Sequence record: MZ291552.2
Length of the DNA: 64,000 nucleotides
Strand: one strand, 5' to 3'
DNA from: Escherichia phage vB_EcoM-UFV09
Shown: piece by piece, positions 50,501-64,000 of the stretch
How the letters are laid out: the number at the start of each line of letters is the position of its first letter
How positions within the stretch are numbered: position 1 is the stretch's first letter
Program-made: the position numbers and the translations under genes
Notes under the pieces: model-generated
What the model was told of the DNA's origin: nothing
Database searches by the model: none
The model's input: only the letters and a program-made list of their open reading frames with translations

Positions 50501-50633
50501 AATGAGTCCTTTATTTGATGCATCTGGAACAACATTTGCACAATTTAGAGATTTAGTTAATAAACGTCTAAAAGATAATATAGGAAATCCAAGAGACCCT
50601 GAAAATCCAACACAGGTTAAAATAGATGAATGA
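47535..50633 (+). CDS. 7: Baseplate wedge protein gp7
   Basis: 1032 aa; position. Confidence 0.9.
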   Translation: MTVKAPSVTSLRISKLSANQVQVRWDDVGANFYYFVEIAETKSNSGKNLPSNQYRWINLGYTANNSFFFDDADPLTSYVIRVATAAQDFEQSDWIYTEEFETFATNAYTFQNMIEMQLANKFIQEKFTLNNSDYVNFNNDTIMAALMNESFQFSPSYADVSSISNFIIGENEYHEIQGSIQQVCKDINRVYLMESEGILYLFERYQPVVKVSNDKGQTWKAVKLFNDRVGYPLSKTVYYQSANTTYVLGYDKIFYGRKSTDVRWSADDVRFSSQDITFAKLGDQLHLGFDVEIFATYATLPANVYRIAEAITCTDDYIYVVARDKVRYIKTSNAPIDSDPLSPTYSERLFEPDTMTITGNPKAVCYKMDSIGDKVFALIIGEVETLNANPRTSKIIDSADKGIYVLNHDTKTWKRVFGNTEEERRRIQPGYANMSTDGKLVSLSSSNFKFLSDNIVNDPETAVKYQLIDAVKYEFPREWLADKHYHMMAFIADEKSDWETFTPQPMKYYAEPFFNWSKKSNTRCWINNSDKAVVVYADLKYTKVIENIPETSPDRLVHEYWDDGDCTIVMPNVKFTGFKKYASGMLFYKSSGEIISYYDFNYRVRDTVEIIWKPTEVFLKAFLQNQERETPWSPEEERGLADPDLRPLIGTMMPDSYLLQDSNFEAFCEAYIQYLSDGYGTQYNNLRNLIRNQYPREEHAWEYLWSEIYKRNIYLNADKRDAVARFFESRSYDFYSTKGIEASYKFLFKVLYNEEVEIEIESGAGTEYDVIIQSDSLTEDLVGQTIYTATGRCNVTYIERSYSNGKLQWTVTIHNLLGRLIAGQEVKAERLPGFEGEIIRGVKGKDLLQNNIDYINRSRSYYVMKIKSNLPSSRWKSDVIRFVHPVGFGFIAITLLTMFINVGLTLKHTETIINKYKNYKWDSGLPTEYADRVAKLTPTGEIEHDSVTGEAIYEPGPMSGIEYPLPGDYNTENNNSVFQGQLPSERRKLMSPLFDASGTTFAQFRDLVNKRLKDNIGNPRDPENPTQVKIDE

Positions 50634-51630
50634 TTCAAGTGTTATCTATCGTGCGATAGTTACTTCAAAATTTAGAACAGAAAAAATGTTGAATTTTTAT
50701 AATTCAATTGGAAGTGGTCCGGATAAAAACACTATCTTTATCACATTTGGAAGATCAGAACCGTGGTCATCAAATGAAAATGAGGTGGGCTTTGCCCCAC
50801 CTTATCCTACCGATTCTGTATTAGGTGTAACTGACATGTGGACTCATATGATGGGAACAGTAAAAGTTCTTCCATCAATGCTTGATGCTGTTATTCCTCG
50901 CAGAGATTGGGGAGATACTAGATATCCGGATCCATACACATTTAGAATTAATGATATTGTAGTGTGCAACTCAGCTCCTTACAACGCTACTGAATCAGGC
51001 GCAGGCTGGTTAGTATATCGTTGTTTAGATGTTCCTGATACCGGAATGTGTTCAATAGCATCTTTAACTAATAAGGATGAATGTCTTAAATTAGGTGGAA
51101 AATGGACTCCTTCTGCTAGGTCAATGACTCCTCCTGAAGGCCGAGGAGATGCTGAAGGAACAATTGAACCTGGCGATGGATATGTATGGGAATATCTTTT
51201 TGAGATTCCGCCTGATGTATCTATAAATAGATGCACGAATGAGTATATTGTAGTTCCTTGGCCTGAGGAATTAAAAGAAGACCCGACTAGATGGGGGTAT
51301 GAAGATAATCTCACTTGGCAGCAAGATGATTTTGGATTAATTTACCGTGTTAAGGCAAATACTATCCGTTTTAAAGCATATTTAGATTCAGTTTATTTTC
51401 CTGAAGCTGCATTGCCGGGAAATAAAGGATTTAGACAAATATCAATAATTACGAATCCTCTTGAAGCTAAAGCTCATCCAAATGACCCAAATGTTAAAGC
51501 TGAAAAGGATTATTATGATCCGGAAGATTTAATGAGGCATTCGGGCGAAATGATTTATATGGAAAATAGGCCACCTATTATTATGGCAATGGATCAGACA
51601 GAAGAAATCAATATTCTGTTTACATTTTAA
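50626..51630 (+). CDS. 8: Baseplate wedge protein gp8
   Basis: 334 aa; position. Confidence 0.9.
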   Translation: MNDSSVIYRAIVTSKFRTEKMLNFYNSIGSGPDKNTIFITFGRSEPWSSNENEVGFAPPYPTDSVLGVTDMWTHMMGTVKVLPSMLDAVIPRRDWGDTRYPDPYTFRINDIVVCNSAPYNATESGAGWLVYRCLDVPDTGMCSIASLTNKDECLKLGGKWTPSARSMTPPEGRGDAEGTIEPGDGYVWEYLFEIPPDVSINRCTNEYIVVPWPEELKEDPTRWGYEDNLTWQQDDFGLIYRVKANTIRFKAYLDSVYFPEAALPGNKGFRQISIITNPLEAKAHPNDPNVKAEKDYYDPEDLMRHSGEMIYMENRPPIIMAMDQTEEINILFTF

Positions 51631-51635
51631 ATTAA

Positions 51636-51658
51636 GGGAGCCCATGGGCTCCCTTTTT
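51636..51658 (+). terminator. Intrinsic terminator after gene 8
   Basis: GGGAGCC-catg-GGCTCCC followed by TTTTT. Confidence 0.6.
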
Positions 51659-51661
51659 CTT

Positions 51662-51669
51662 TATAAATA
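51662..51669 (+). promoter_or_regulatory. Late promoter (TATAAATA) for gene 9
   Basis: Exact octamer 25 nt upstream of the gene 9 ATG. Confidence 0.6.
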
Positions 51670-51693
51670 CTATAAACTCATAAGGAAACCGCT

Positions 51694-52560
51694 ATGTTCA
51701 TTCAAGAACCAAAGAAATTGATTGATACCGGCGAAATTGGTAACGCTTCTACTGGTGATATCTTATTCGACGGTGGTAATAAAATTAATAGTGATTTTAA
51801 CGCAATTTATAACGCGTTTGGCGATCAACGTAAAATGGCAGTAGCAAATGGCACTGGAGCAGATGGTCAAATTATCCATGCTACTGGATATTATCAAAAA
51901 CACTCTATTGCAGAGTATGCAACTCCAGTAAAAGTTGGCACTAGGCATGATATTGATACCTCTACTGTAGGTGTTAAAGTTATCATTGAAAGAGGCGAAC
52001 TTGGCGACTGCGTTGAATTTATTAACTCAAATGGATCAATATCAGTTACTAATCCTTTAACGATTCAAGCTATTGATTCAATTAAAGGCGTTTCAGGTAA
52101 TTTAGTAGTAACTAGTCCATATAGTAAAGTTACCTTACGTTGTATTTCATCTGATAATTCTACGTCGGTTTGGAATTATTCTATTGAAAGTATGTTTGGT
52201 CAAAAGGAATCACCTGCTGAAGGTACATGGAATATTTCTACATCTGGATCAGTTGACATTCCACTATTTCATCGCACTGAATACAATATGGCTAAATTGC
52301 TAGTTACGTGCCAATCAGTAGATGGAAGAAAAATTAAAACAGCAGAAATAAATATTCTTGTGGATACTGTTAATTCAGAAGTTATTTCTTCTGAGTATGC
52401 TGTCATGCGAGTTGGAAATGAAACAGAAGAAGACGAAATCGCTAATATTGCATTTAGTATTAAAGAAAATTACGTAACGGCGACTATAAGTTCTTCAACT
52501 GTCGGTATGAGAGCAGCAGTTAAAGTTATCGCTACGCAGAAAATCGGGGTGGCTCAATAA
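51694..52560 (+). CDS. 9: Baseplate protein gp9 (long-tail-fiber socket)
   Basis: 288 aa; position. Confidence 0.9.
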   Translation: MFIQEPKKLIDTGEIGNASTGDILFDGGNKINSDFNAIYNAFGDQRKMAVANGTGADGQIIHATGYYQKHSIAEYATPVKVGTRHDIDTSTVGVKVIIERGELGDCVEFINSNGSISVTNPLTIQAIDSIKGVSGNLVVTSPYSKVTLRCISSDNSTSVWNYSIESMFGQKESPAEGTWNISTSGSVDIPLFHRTEYNMAKLLVTCQSVDGRKIKTAEINILVDTVNSEVISSEYAVMRVGNETEEDEIANIAFSIKENYVTATISSSTVGMRAAVKVIATQKIGVAQ

Positions 52561-54365
52561 TGAAACAAAATATTAATATCGGTAATGTTGTAGATGATGG
52601 TACCGGTGACTACCTGCGTAAAGGTGGTATAAAAATAAATGAAAACTTTGATGAGCTTTATTATGAACTCGGTGATGGTAATGTTCCATATTCAGCCGGT
52701 GCCTGGAAAACTTATAATGCTTCATCTGGGCAAACATTAAAAGCTGAATGGGGAAAATCATACGCTATTAATACTTCGTCTGGAAGAGTAACACTGCAAC
52801 TTCCTAAAGGAACTGTTAATGATTATAATAAAGTAATTAGAGCTAGGGATGTATTTGCAACATGGAATGTTAATCCAGTTACTTTAGTAGCCTCTTCTGG
52901 TGATACTATCAAAGGATCATCGTCATCGGTTGAAATTAACGTTCAATTTAGTGATTTAGAGCTAGTTTATTGCGCTCCGGGTCGTTGGGAATATGTCAAA
53001 AATAAACAAATTGACAAAATTATTAGTTCAGACATTAGCAATGTAGCTCGTAAAGAATTTTTAGTCGAAGTTCAAGGACAAACAGACTTTTTAGATATTT
53101 TCCGTGGAACTAGTTATAATGTTAATAACATCAGAGTAAAACACCGCGGTAACGAATTGTATTACGGCGATGTTTTTAGCGAAAACAGTGACTTTGGCTC
53201 TCCAGGGGAAAATGAAGGAGAATTGGTTCCTCTTGATGGATTTAATATTAGATTAAGACAGCCTTGTAATATTGGTGACACTGTTCAAATTGAAACATTT
53301 ATGGATGGTGTATCGCAGTGGAGAAGTTCATACACAAGACGTCAAATAAAAGTATTAGATTCAAAATTAACATCAAAAACTTCTTTGGAAGGAAGTATTT
53401 ACGTTACTGATTTATCGACAATGAAATCAATTCCATTCTCCGCATTTGGATTAATTCCAGGAGAACCTATTAATCCTAATTCTCTTGAAGTTCGTTTTAA
53501 TGGAATTTTACAACAACAAGCTGGAACAGCAGGATATCCTCTGTTTTTATGTGAAGGCGCTAATTCAGATACACAAGAAGGATGTATATCTCTTGGTGGT
53601 GAATGGAAAGAATCAAACACAGATTATTCTATAGAATATGAAGATGGAAAACCGATCAGTCTTTTATTTGATAGAAAATTTGAATCAGGTGATATAATCG
53701 TTATAACATGGTTCAATAATGATTTAGGAACTCTTTTGGAAAAAGATGACATTATTGAATTAACTGATGAACGCTATGTTAGCAAAGGATCATCTACTGA
53801 AGTTACTGGTGATGTAGCCTTAACTGATTTTGATAAAATCGGTTGGCCAAATGTTGAAAAAGTTGATTCTTATACTAGAACATATAATTCAATATCATCT
53901 ATTTTCGATAGCATTTATCCCATTGGTTCAATTTATGAAAATGCTATAAACCCAAATAATCCGGTGACTTATATGGGATTTGGTTCATGGAAATTATTTG
54001 GTAAAGGACAAGTTTTAGTAGGATGGAATGATGATGTTACGGATCCAAACTTTGCATTAAATAACAATGATTTAGATTCTAGCGGAAATCCTTCGCATAC
54101 TGCCGGTGGAACAGTTGGAACAACATCAGTGACACTTGAGAACGCAAATCTTCCTGCGACTAAAACTGATGAAAAAGTTTTAATTGAAGATGAAAACGGA
54201 TCAGTTATTATTGGAGGTTGCCAATATGACCCAGATGAAACTGGTCCTATATATACAAAATATCGTGAAGACTACGCAACAACAAACTCTTCACATACTC
54301 CTCCTGCTAATATTAGTAATATTCAACCGTCTATTACTGTATACCGTTGGATAAGGATTGCATAA
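52560..54365 (+). CDS. 10: Baseplate wedge protein gp10
   Basis: 601 aa; position. Confidence 0.9.
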   Translation: MKQNINIGNVVDDGTGDYLRKGGIKINENFDELYYELGDGNVPYSAGAWKTYNASSGQTLKAEWGKSYAINTSSGRVTLQLPKGTVNDYNKVIRARDVFATWNVNPVTLVASSGDTIKGSSSSVEINVQFSDLELVYCAPGRWEYVKNKQIDKIISSDISNVARKEFLVEVQGQTDFLDIFRGTSYNVNNIRVKHRGNELYYGDVFSENSDFGSPGENEGELVPLDGFNIRLRQPCNIGDTVQIETFMDGVSQWRSSYTRRQIKVLDSKLTSKTSLEGSIYVTDLSTMKSIPFSAFGLIPGEPINPNSLEVRFNGILQQQAGTAGYPLFLCEGANSDTQEGCISLGGEWKESNTDYSIEYEDGKPISLLFDRKFESGDIIVITWFNNDLGTLLEKDDIIELTDERYVSKGSSTEVTGDVALTDFDKIGWPNVEKVDSYTRTYNSISSIFDSIYPIGSIYENAINPNNPVTYMGFGSWKLFGKGQVLVGWNDDVTDPNFALNNNDLDSSGNPSHTAGGTVGTTSVTLENANLPATKTDEKVLIEDENGSVIIGGCQYDPDETGPIYTKYREDYATTNSSHTPPANISNIQPSITVYRWIRIA

Positions 54366-55024
54366 TGAGTTTACTTAATAATAAAGCGGGAGTTATTTCC
54401 CGCTTAGCAGATTTTCTTGGTTTTAGAACTAAGAAAAATGATATTTCGGTTATGAATAATCAGCCGGTAGGTGCTGTAACAATTTCACAAATAGCAAAAG
54501 GTTTTTATGACCCAAATGTAGAATCTGCTATCAATGATGTTAGAAATATGGCAGAGCAACAGGTTGGAGCTGTATTAGTTAATATAAGTGGCGTATCTCC
54601 TACCGGCGTGCAGCAAACAGACTATTGGTCATTTGAAGGAACTGTTACTGATACTTCAGCCAAACCAGGTGACCCAGTTATTGTTAATATGTTTGGCATT
54701 CCTGTTAAAGCTACTAATGGAATGACTTCAATCGAATTTACCAGTGCCGTTAGAACAGCTCTGCAGGAAATGGTTGCAAAATTTATTGCAATTGATTCAT
54801 TTGAAGACCATCCTACCATAGGAAATAAAATACAAGTTAAGTATTTAGATAACCAAGAACATATCTTAGAACAATACTCTGATAAAGGAATTACTTTCAA
54901 ACAGGAAATAATTTCTCCTTCTAAACCTGGGTATGGAACTTGGCAATTATTAGGTGCGCAAACTGTTACGCTAGATAGTCACACCCAACCTACAGTATTT
55001 TATTATTTTGAGAGAATAGCATGA
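54365..55024 (+). CDS. 11: Baseplate wedge protein gp11 (short-tail-fiber attachment)
   Basis: Start at the TAATG overlap with the gene 10 stop (219 aa). Confidence 0.85.
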   Translation: MSLLNNKAGVISRLADFLGFRTKKNDISVMNNQPVGAVTISQIAKGFYDPNVESAINDVRNMAEQQVGAVLVNISGVSPTGVQQTDYWSFEGTVTDTSAKPGDPVIVNMFGIPVKATNGMTSIEFTSAVRTALQEMVAKFIAIDSFEDHPTIGNKIQVKYLDNQEHILEQYSDKGITFKQEIISPSKPGYGTWQLLGAQTVTLDSHTQPTVFYYFERIA

Positions 55025-56571
55025 GTAACAATACATATCAGCACGTATCAAATGAATCAAAATACGTTAAATTCGATCCTGCAGGATCGAATTTTCCTGA
55101 CACTGTCACGACAGTGCAGTCAGCATTATCAAAAATAAGTAATATCGGCGTAAATGGTATTCCTGATGCAACTATGGAAGTTAAAGGAATAGCAATGATT
55201 GCATCGGAGCAAGAGGTTTTAGATGGAACTAATAATTCTAAAATCGTTACACCAGCTACATTAGCAACAAGATTATTGTATCCAAATGCTACTGAAACTA
55301 AATATGGATTAACGCGCTATTCAACAAATGAAGAAACTTTAGAAGGCTCAGATAATAATTCATCAATAACGCCGCAAAAACTGAAATACCATACTGACGA
55401 TGTATTCCAAAATAGGTATTCATCTGAATCATCAAATGGAGTTATTAAAATATCATCTACTCCTGCGGCTTTGGCTGGTATAGATGATACTACGGCGATG
55501 ACTCCGTTGAAAACCCAAAAACTCGCAATAAAATTAATTTCGCAAATAGCTCCTTCAGAAGACACAGCATCAGAATCTGTTAGAGGTGTAGTTCAGTTAT
55601 CAACTGTCGCTCAAACTCGTCAAGGAACTCTCCGCGAAGGATATGCAATTTCTCCGTATACCTTTATGAATTCTGTTGCAACACAAGAATATAAGGGTGT
55701 TATACGTTTAGGAACACAATCAGAAATTAACAGTAATTTGGGAGATGTTGCAGTAACAGGTGAAACATTAAATGGTCGAGGAGCTACCGGTTCTATGCGT
55801 GGGGTAGTAAAATTAACGACGCAAGCCGGTATTGCCCCTGAAGGTGATAGCTCTGGAGCATTAGCATGGAACGCAGATGTAATTAATACTCGCGGTGGAC
55901 AAACTATTAATGGTTCTTTAAATTTAGATCATTTAACAGCAAATGGAATTTGGTCGCGCGGCGGAATGTGGAAAAATGGCGATCAACCTGTTGCCACTGA
56001 AAGATATGCGTCCGAAAGGGTTCCAGTTGGAACTATTATGATGTTTGCTGGAGATTCAGCTCCTCCTGGTTGGATTATGTGTCATGGTGGAACCGTGTCA
56101 GGAGATCAATATCCTGATTATAGAAACACAGTTGGAACGAGATTTGGTGGCGATTGGAATAATCCTGGCATTCCTGATATGCGAGGTCTTTTCGTCAGAG
56201 GAGCTGGTACTGGTGGTCATATTTTAAATCAACGAGGGCAAGATGGTTACGGGAAGGATAGACTTGGTGTAGGATGTGACGGAATGCATGTTGGCGGTGT
56301 TCAAGCACAACAGATGTCATACCATAAACATGCTGGTGGTTGGGGAGAATACCAAAGACATGAAGCTCCATTTGGCGCGTCCGTTTATCAAGGATATCTT
56401 GGAACTGGAAAACATGCCGACTGGGATAATGCTTCATACTTCACTAATGATGGATTTGAATTAGGTGGACCGAGAGATGCCCTTGGTACACTTAATCGTG
56501 AAGGATTAATTGGTTATGAAACTAGACCATGGAATATATCATTAAACTATATTATTAAAATTCATTACTAA
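55021..56571 (+). CDS. 12: Short tail fiber protein gp12
   Basis: 516 aa; repetitive beta-rich middle; position. Confidence 0.9.
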   Translation: MSNNTYQHVSNESKYVKFDPAGSNFPDTVTTVQSALSKISNIGVNGIPDATMEVKGIAMIASEQEVLDGTNNSKIVTPATLATRLLYPNATETKYGLTRYSTNEETLEGSDNNSSITPQKLKYHTDDVFQNRYSSESSNGVIKISSTPAALAGIDDTTAMTPLKTQKLAIKLISQIAPSEDTASESVRGVVQLSTVAQTRQGTLREGYAISPYTFMNSVATQEYKGVIRLGTQSEINSNLGDVAVTGETLNGRGATGSMRGVVKLTTQAGIAPEGDSSGALAWNADVINTRGGQTINGSLNLDHLTANGIWSRGGMWKNGDQPVATERYASERVPVGTIMMFAGDSAPPGWIMCHGGTVSGDQYPDYRNTVGTRFGGDWNNPGIPDMRGLFVRGAGTGGHILNQRGQDGYGKDRLGVGCDGMHVGGVQAQQMSYHKHAGGWGEYQRHEAPFGASVYQGYLGTGKHADWDNASYFTNDGFELGGPRDALGTLNREGLIGYETRPWNISLNYIIKIHY

Positions 56572-56580
56572 GGATTACAA

Positions 56581-58038
56581 ATGATTGAATTAAAAGATTT
56601 ACCTTTTGTTGATAGCGTTCCTGACGAAGGTCAGGAGCGTATTTCATGGATTAAAAATGGTGAAGAAATACTAGGAGCTAGTACTAAGTATGGAAACGAT
56701 GGATCAATGAATAGACCAACTGTGTCCGTATTTAAAAATGTTGAGGTTCTTGATGAAAATATAGGAATTCTTAAAACTGCCGTTGAAACATCACAGGAAG
56801 ATATTAAAACAATTCAAGGCATTTTGGATGTATCTGGAGATATCGAAGCACTATCACAGATTAGCGTTAATAAAAATGACATATCAAATTTAAAGACGCT
56901 TACGAATGAACACACTGATATATTAAATGGTACAAATGCCACTGTTGACCGCATTCTTTCTGATATAGGTCCATTTAATGAACACGCAAATTCAGTTTAT
57001 AGAACAGTTCGAAATGATTTGTTATGGATTAAAAGAGAATTAGGGCAATATGCTGGACAAGATATTAATGGTCTTCCTGTTGTAGGAAATAGCAGCACGG
57101 GTATGAAGCACCGTATCATTAATAATACAGATGCTATAACTTCCCAAGGAATACGTCTAAGTGATTTGGAAGAAAAATTTATTGAATCTGATGTAGGTTC
57201 ACTGACAATTGAAGTTGGAAATCTTAGACAAGAACTTGGACAAAGACCATCTTCATTTAGTGAAAGCATATATTCACGTGTGCATAATTTAGATCAATCG
57301 CAGATTAATCTTAGTTCCGAAATTAAATCTATCAAAACTTCTATTGGATATCCAGGAAATACTTCAATAATCACAGATGTCAATGTCAATAGTCAAGAAA
57401 TTTCAGCTTTAAATGATGAACTAAATAAAAGTGGCGGCGTTAAACAGCGATTAACTGTTATTGAAACATCGATTGGTTCAGATGATATTCCTTCTAGTAT
57501 TAAAGGTCAAATTAAAGATAATACAACTTCTATTGAATCTTTAAATGGAATTGTAGGTGAAAACACCTCGTCCGGTTTAAGAGCTAACGTTTCATGGCTA
57601 AATCAGATAGTTGGAACTGATTCTAGCGGAGGTCAACCTTCTCCTCCGGGGTCTCTTTTAAATAGAGTTTCAACAGTTGAAACCTCTGTTAATAGACTTA
57701 ACAATGATGTTCAAAACTTACAGGTTGAAATTGGTAATAACAATTCCGGAATTAAAGGGCAAGTTGTAACACTAAATAAATTAGTAAATGGAACAAATCC
57801 GAATGGTTCAACTGTCGAAGAACGCGGATTGACTAATTCAATAAAAGCTAATGAGACTAACATTTCTTCAATTAATCAAGAGATTCGTAGTATTAAAGGT
57901 AATGTGTCCTCATTACAGAGGGATGTCCAGACTTTACAAGAAGCTGGTTATATTCCTGAAGCTCCAAAAGATGGTCAAGCTTACGTTCGTAAAGACGGCG
58001 AATGGGTATTGCTTTCTACCTTTTTATCACCAGCATAA
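56581..58038 (+). CDS. wac: Fibritin (whisker) with C-terminal foldon
   Basis: 485 aa coiled coil; C-terminal [27 protein letters not shown] foldon. Confidence 0.93.
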   Translation: MIELKDLPFVDSVPDEGQERISWIKNGEEILGASTKYGNDGSMNRPTVSVFKNVEVLDENIGILKTAVETSQEDIKTIQGILDVSGDIEALSQISVNKNDISNLKTLTNEHTDILNGTNATVDRILSDIGPFNEHANSVYRTVRNDLLWIKRELGQYAGQDINGLPVVGNSSTGMKHRIINNTDAITSQGIRLSDLEEKFIESDVGSLTIEVGNLRQELGQRPSSFSESIYSRVHNLDQSQINLSSEIKSIKTSIGYPGNTSIITDVNVNSQEISALNDELNKSGGVKQRLTVIETSIGSDDIPSSIKGQIKDNTTSIESLNGIVGENTSSGLRANVSWLNQIVGTDSSGGQPSPPGSLLNRVSTVETSVNRLNNDVQNLQVEIGNNNSGIKGQVVTLNKLVNGTNPNGSTVEERGLTNSIKANETNISSINQEIRSIKGNVSSLQRDVQTLQEAGYIPEAPKDGQAYVRKDGEWVLLSTFLSPA

Positions 58039-58042
58039 CATG

Positions 58043-58056
58043 GGGCCGCAAGGCCC
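58043..58056 (+). terminator. Stem-loop GGGCC-gcaa-GGCCC after wac
   Basis: Inverted repeat with GNRA loop; no clear T-tract. Confidence 0.4.
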
Positions 58057-58069
58057 TAAAGGATTTTAA

Positions 58070-59771
<1,702 letters not shown>

Positions 59772-59812
59772 TAAATATTATAAACTAATTAAAGCCCAGA
59801 TTAGGAGAAATC

Positions 59813-62953
<3,141 letters not shown>

Positions 62954-62981
62954 TATTAAAGCATATTAAAGAGGATTAAAA

Positions 62982-64000
62982 ATGACTTTATTATCTCCGG
63001 GCATTGAGCTCAAAGAAACTACGGTTCAAAGCACCGTGGTTAATAACTCTACTGGTACAGCAGCTTTGGCCGGTAAATTCCAGTGGGGTCCTGCTTTTCA
63101 GATTAAACAGGTTACAAATGAAGTAGATTTAGTTAATACTTTTGGTCAACCAACCGCTGAAACTGCTGACTATTTTATGTCTGCGATGAATTTCTTGCAG
63201 TACGGAAATGACTTACGAGTAGTTCGTGCTGTTGATAGAGATACCGCTAAAAACTCATCTCCGATTGCTGGTAATATTGAATACACAATTTCTACCCCAG
63301 GTAGTAACTATGCAGTTGGAGATAAAATCACGGTCAAATATGTTTCAGATGATATTGAAACTGAAGGTAAAATTACTGAAGTAGACGCAGATGGAAAAAT
63401 TAAGAAAATTAATATTCCTACTGCAAAAATTATCGCTAAAGCAAAAGAAGTCGGTGAATATCCAACACTAGGTTCTAACTGGACTGCAGAAATTTCTTCA
63501 TCTTCTTCCGGTTTAGCTGCAGTAATAACTCTTGGAAAAATTATTACTGATTCCGGTATTTTATTAGCTGAAATCGAGAGCGCTGAAACTGCTATGACAG
63601 CAGTTGATTTTCAGGCAAATCTTGAAAAATATGGAATTCCAGGAGTAGTAGCTCTCTATCCAGGCGAATTAGGCGATAAAATTGAAATTGAAATCGTATC
63701 TAAAGCTGACTATGCGAAAGGCGCTTCTGCATTACTCCCAATTTATCCAGGTGGTGGTACTCGTGCATCTACTGCTAAAGCGGTGTTTGGATATGGACCA
63801 CAAACTGATTCACAGTACGCTATTATAGTTCGTCGAAATGATGCTATTGTTCAAAGCGTTGTTCTTTCAACTAAGCGTGGTGAAAAAGATATTTACGATA
63901 GTAACATCTATATCGATGACTTTTTCGCAAAAGGTGGTTCAGAATATATTTTTGCAACTGCACAAAACTGGCCAGAAGGCTTCTCTGGAATTTTAACTCT
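62982..64000 (+). CDS. 18: Tail sheath protein gp18, N-terminal part (runs off the window)
   Basis: MTLLSPGIELKETTVQSTVVNNSTGTAALAGKFQWGPAFQ... matches T4 gp18 N-terminus. Confidence 0.9.
   Translation, partial: MTLLSPGIELKETTVQSTVVNNSTGTAALAGKFQWGPAFQIKQVTNEVDLVNTFGQPTAETADYFMSAMNFLQYGNDLRVVRAVDRDTAKNSSPIAGNIEYTISTPGSNYAVGDKITVKYVSDDIETEGKITEVDADGKIKKINIPTAKIIAKAKEVGEYPTLGSNWTAEISSSSSGLAAVITLGKIITDSGILLAEIESAETAMTAVDFQANLEKYGIPGVVALYPGELGDKIEIEIVSKADYAKGASALLPIYPGGGTRASTAKAVFGYGPQTDSQYAIIVRRNDAIVQSVVLSTKRGEKDIYDSNIYIDDFFAKGGSEYIFATAQNWPEGFSGILT

Noticed and set aside
51222-51229. TATAAATA octamer inside gene 8
   Set aside because: An exact late-promoter octamer but within a coding sequence about 470 nt from the next start; expected by chance in AT-rich DNA, and gene 9 has its own properly placed promoter.
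42085-57269. Short ORFs nested antisense or out of frame within late structural genes (for example 43162..43356, 47064..47261, 49519..49722, 50979..51314, 54622..54900, 56195..56437)
   Set aside because: Contained within long, well-supported structural genes; no start signals; shadow ORFs.
59786-59793. TATAAACT upstream of gene 15
   Set aside because: One mismatch from the late-promoter consensus; not confident enough to call.

Overview
This window is a T-even (T4-like, Tequatrovirus-type) myovirus genome segment, read directly from the sequence with no database search. Coordinates 1-42375 are almost entirely minus-strand early/middle genes: recombination nuclease 46/47, alpha-glucosyltransferase, late sigma factor gp55, anaerobic ribonucleotide reductase nrdD/nrdG, endonuclease VII, thioredoxin nrdC followed by 11 accessory ORFs, rI, tk, regB, a GrcA-like glycyl-radical protein, internal-protein genes, lysozyme e, nudE, an 11-tRNA array, ipI, 57B/57A and genes 1, 3, 2, 4. 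Coordinates 42423-64000 are plus-strand late morphogenesis genes 53, 5, 5.1, 5.4, 6-12, wac, 13-17 and the start of 18. The phage is close to T4 but not identical: nrdD is uninterrupted (no intron/I-TevII), no denV, mobD or segB ORF is present, and the tRNA array carries three tRNAs (His, Asn, Tyr) that I do not recall in T4. Regulatory architecture is readable: sigma70-type early promoters (GTTTAC -35, extended TGG-TAnnAT -10), TATAAATA late promoters, and GNRA/CGAA-loop hairpin terminators. I found no single clear-cut novel system. The best candidates for undescribed function sit in the hyperplastic accessory regions: a late-promoter-driven gene with a capsid-targeting-like N-terminus flanked by near-identical terminator repeats, a GC-rich non-coding block with a tRNA-like element, a P-loop NTPase where denV would be, a four-member paralog family, and an AAA ATPase / nucleotidyltransferase pair. 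Many ORF-track N-termini are artefactual read-through into promoters; I corrected starts where the sequence supported it. Several genes under 60 aa are missing from the track.
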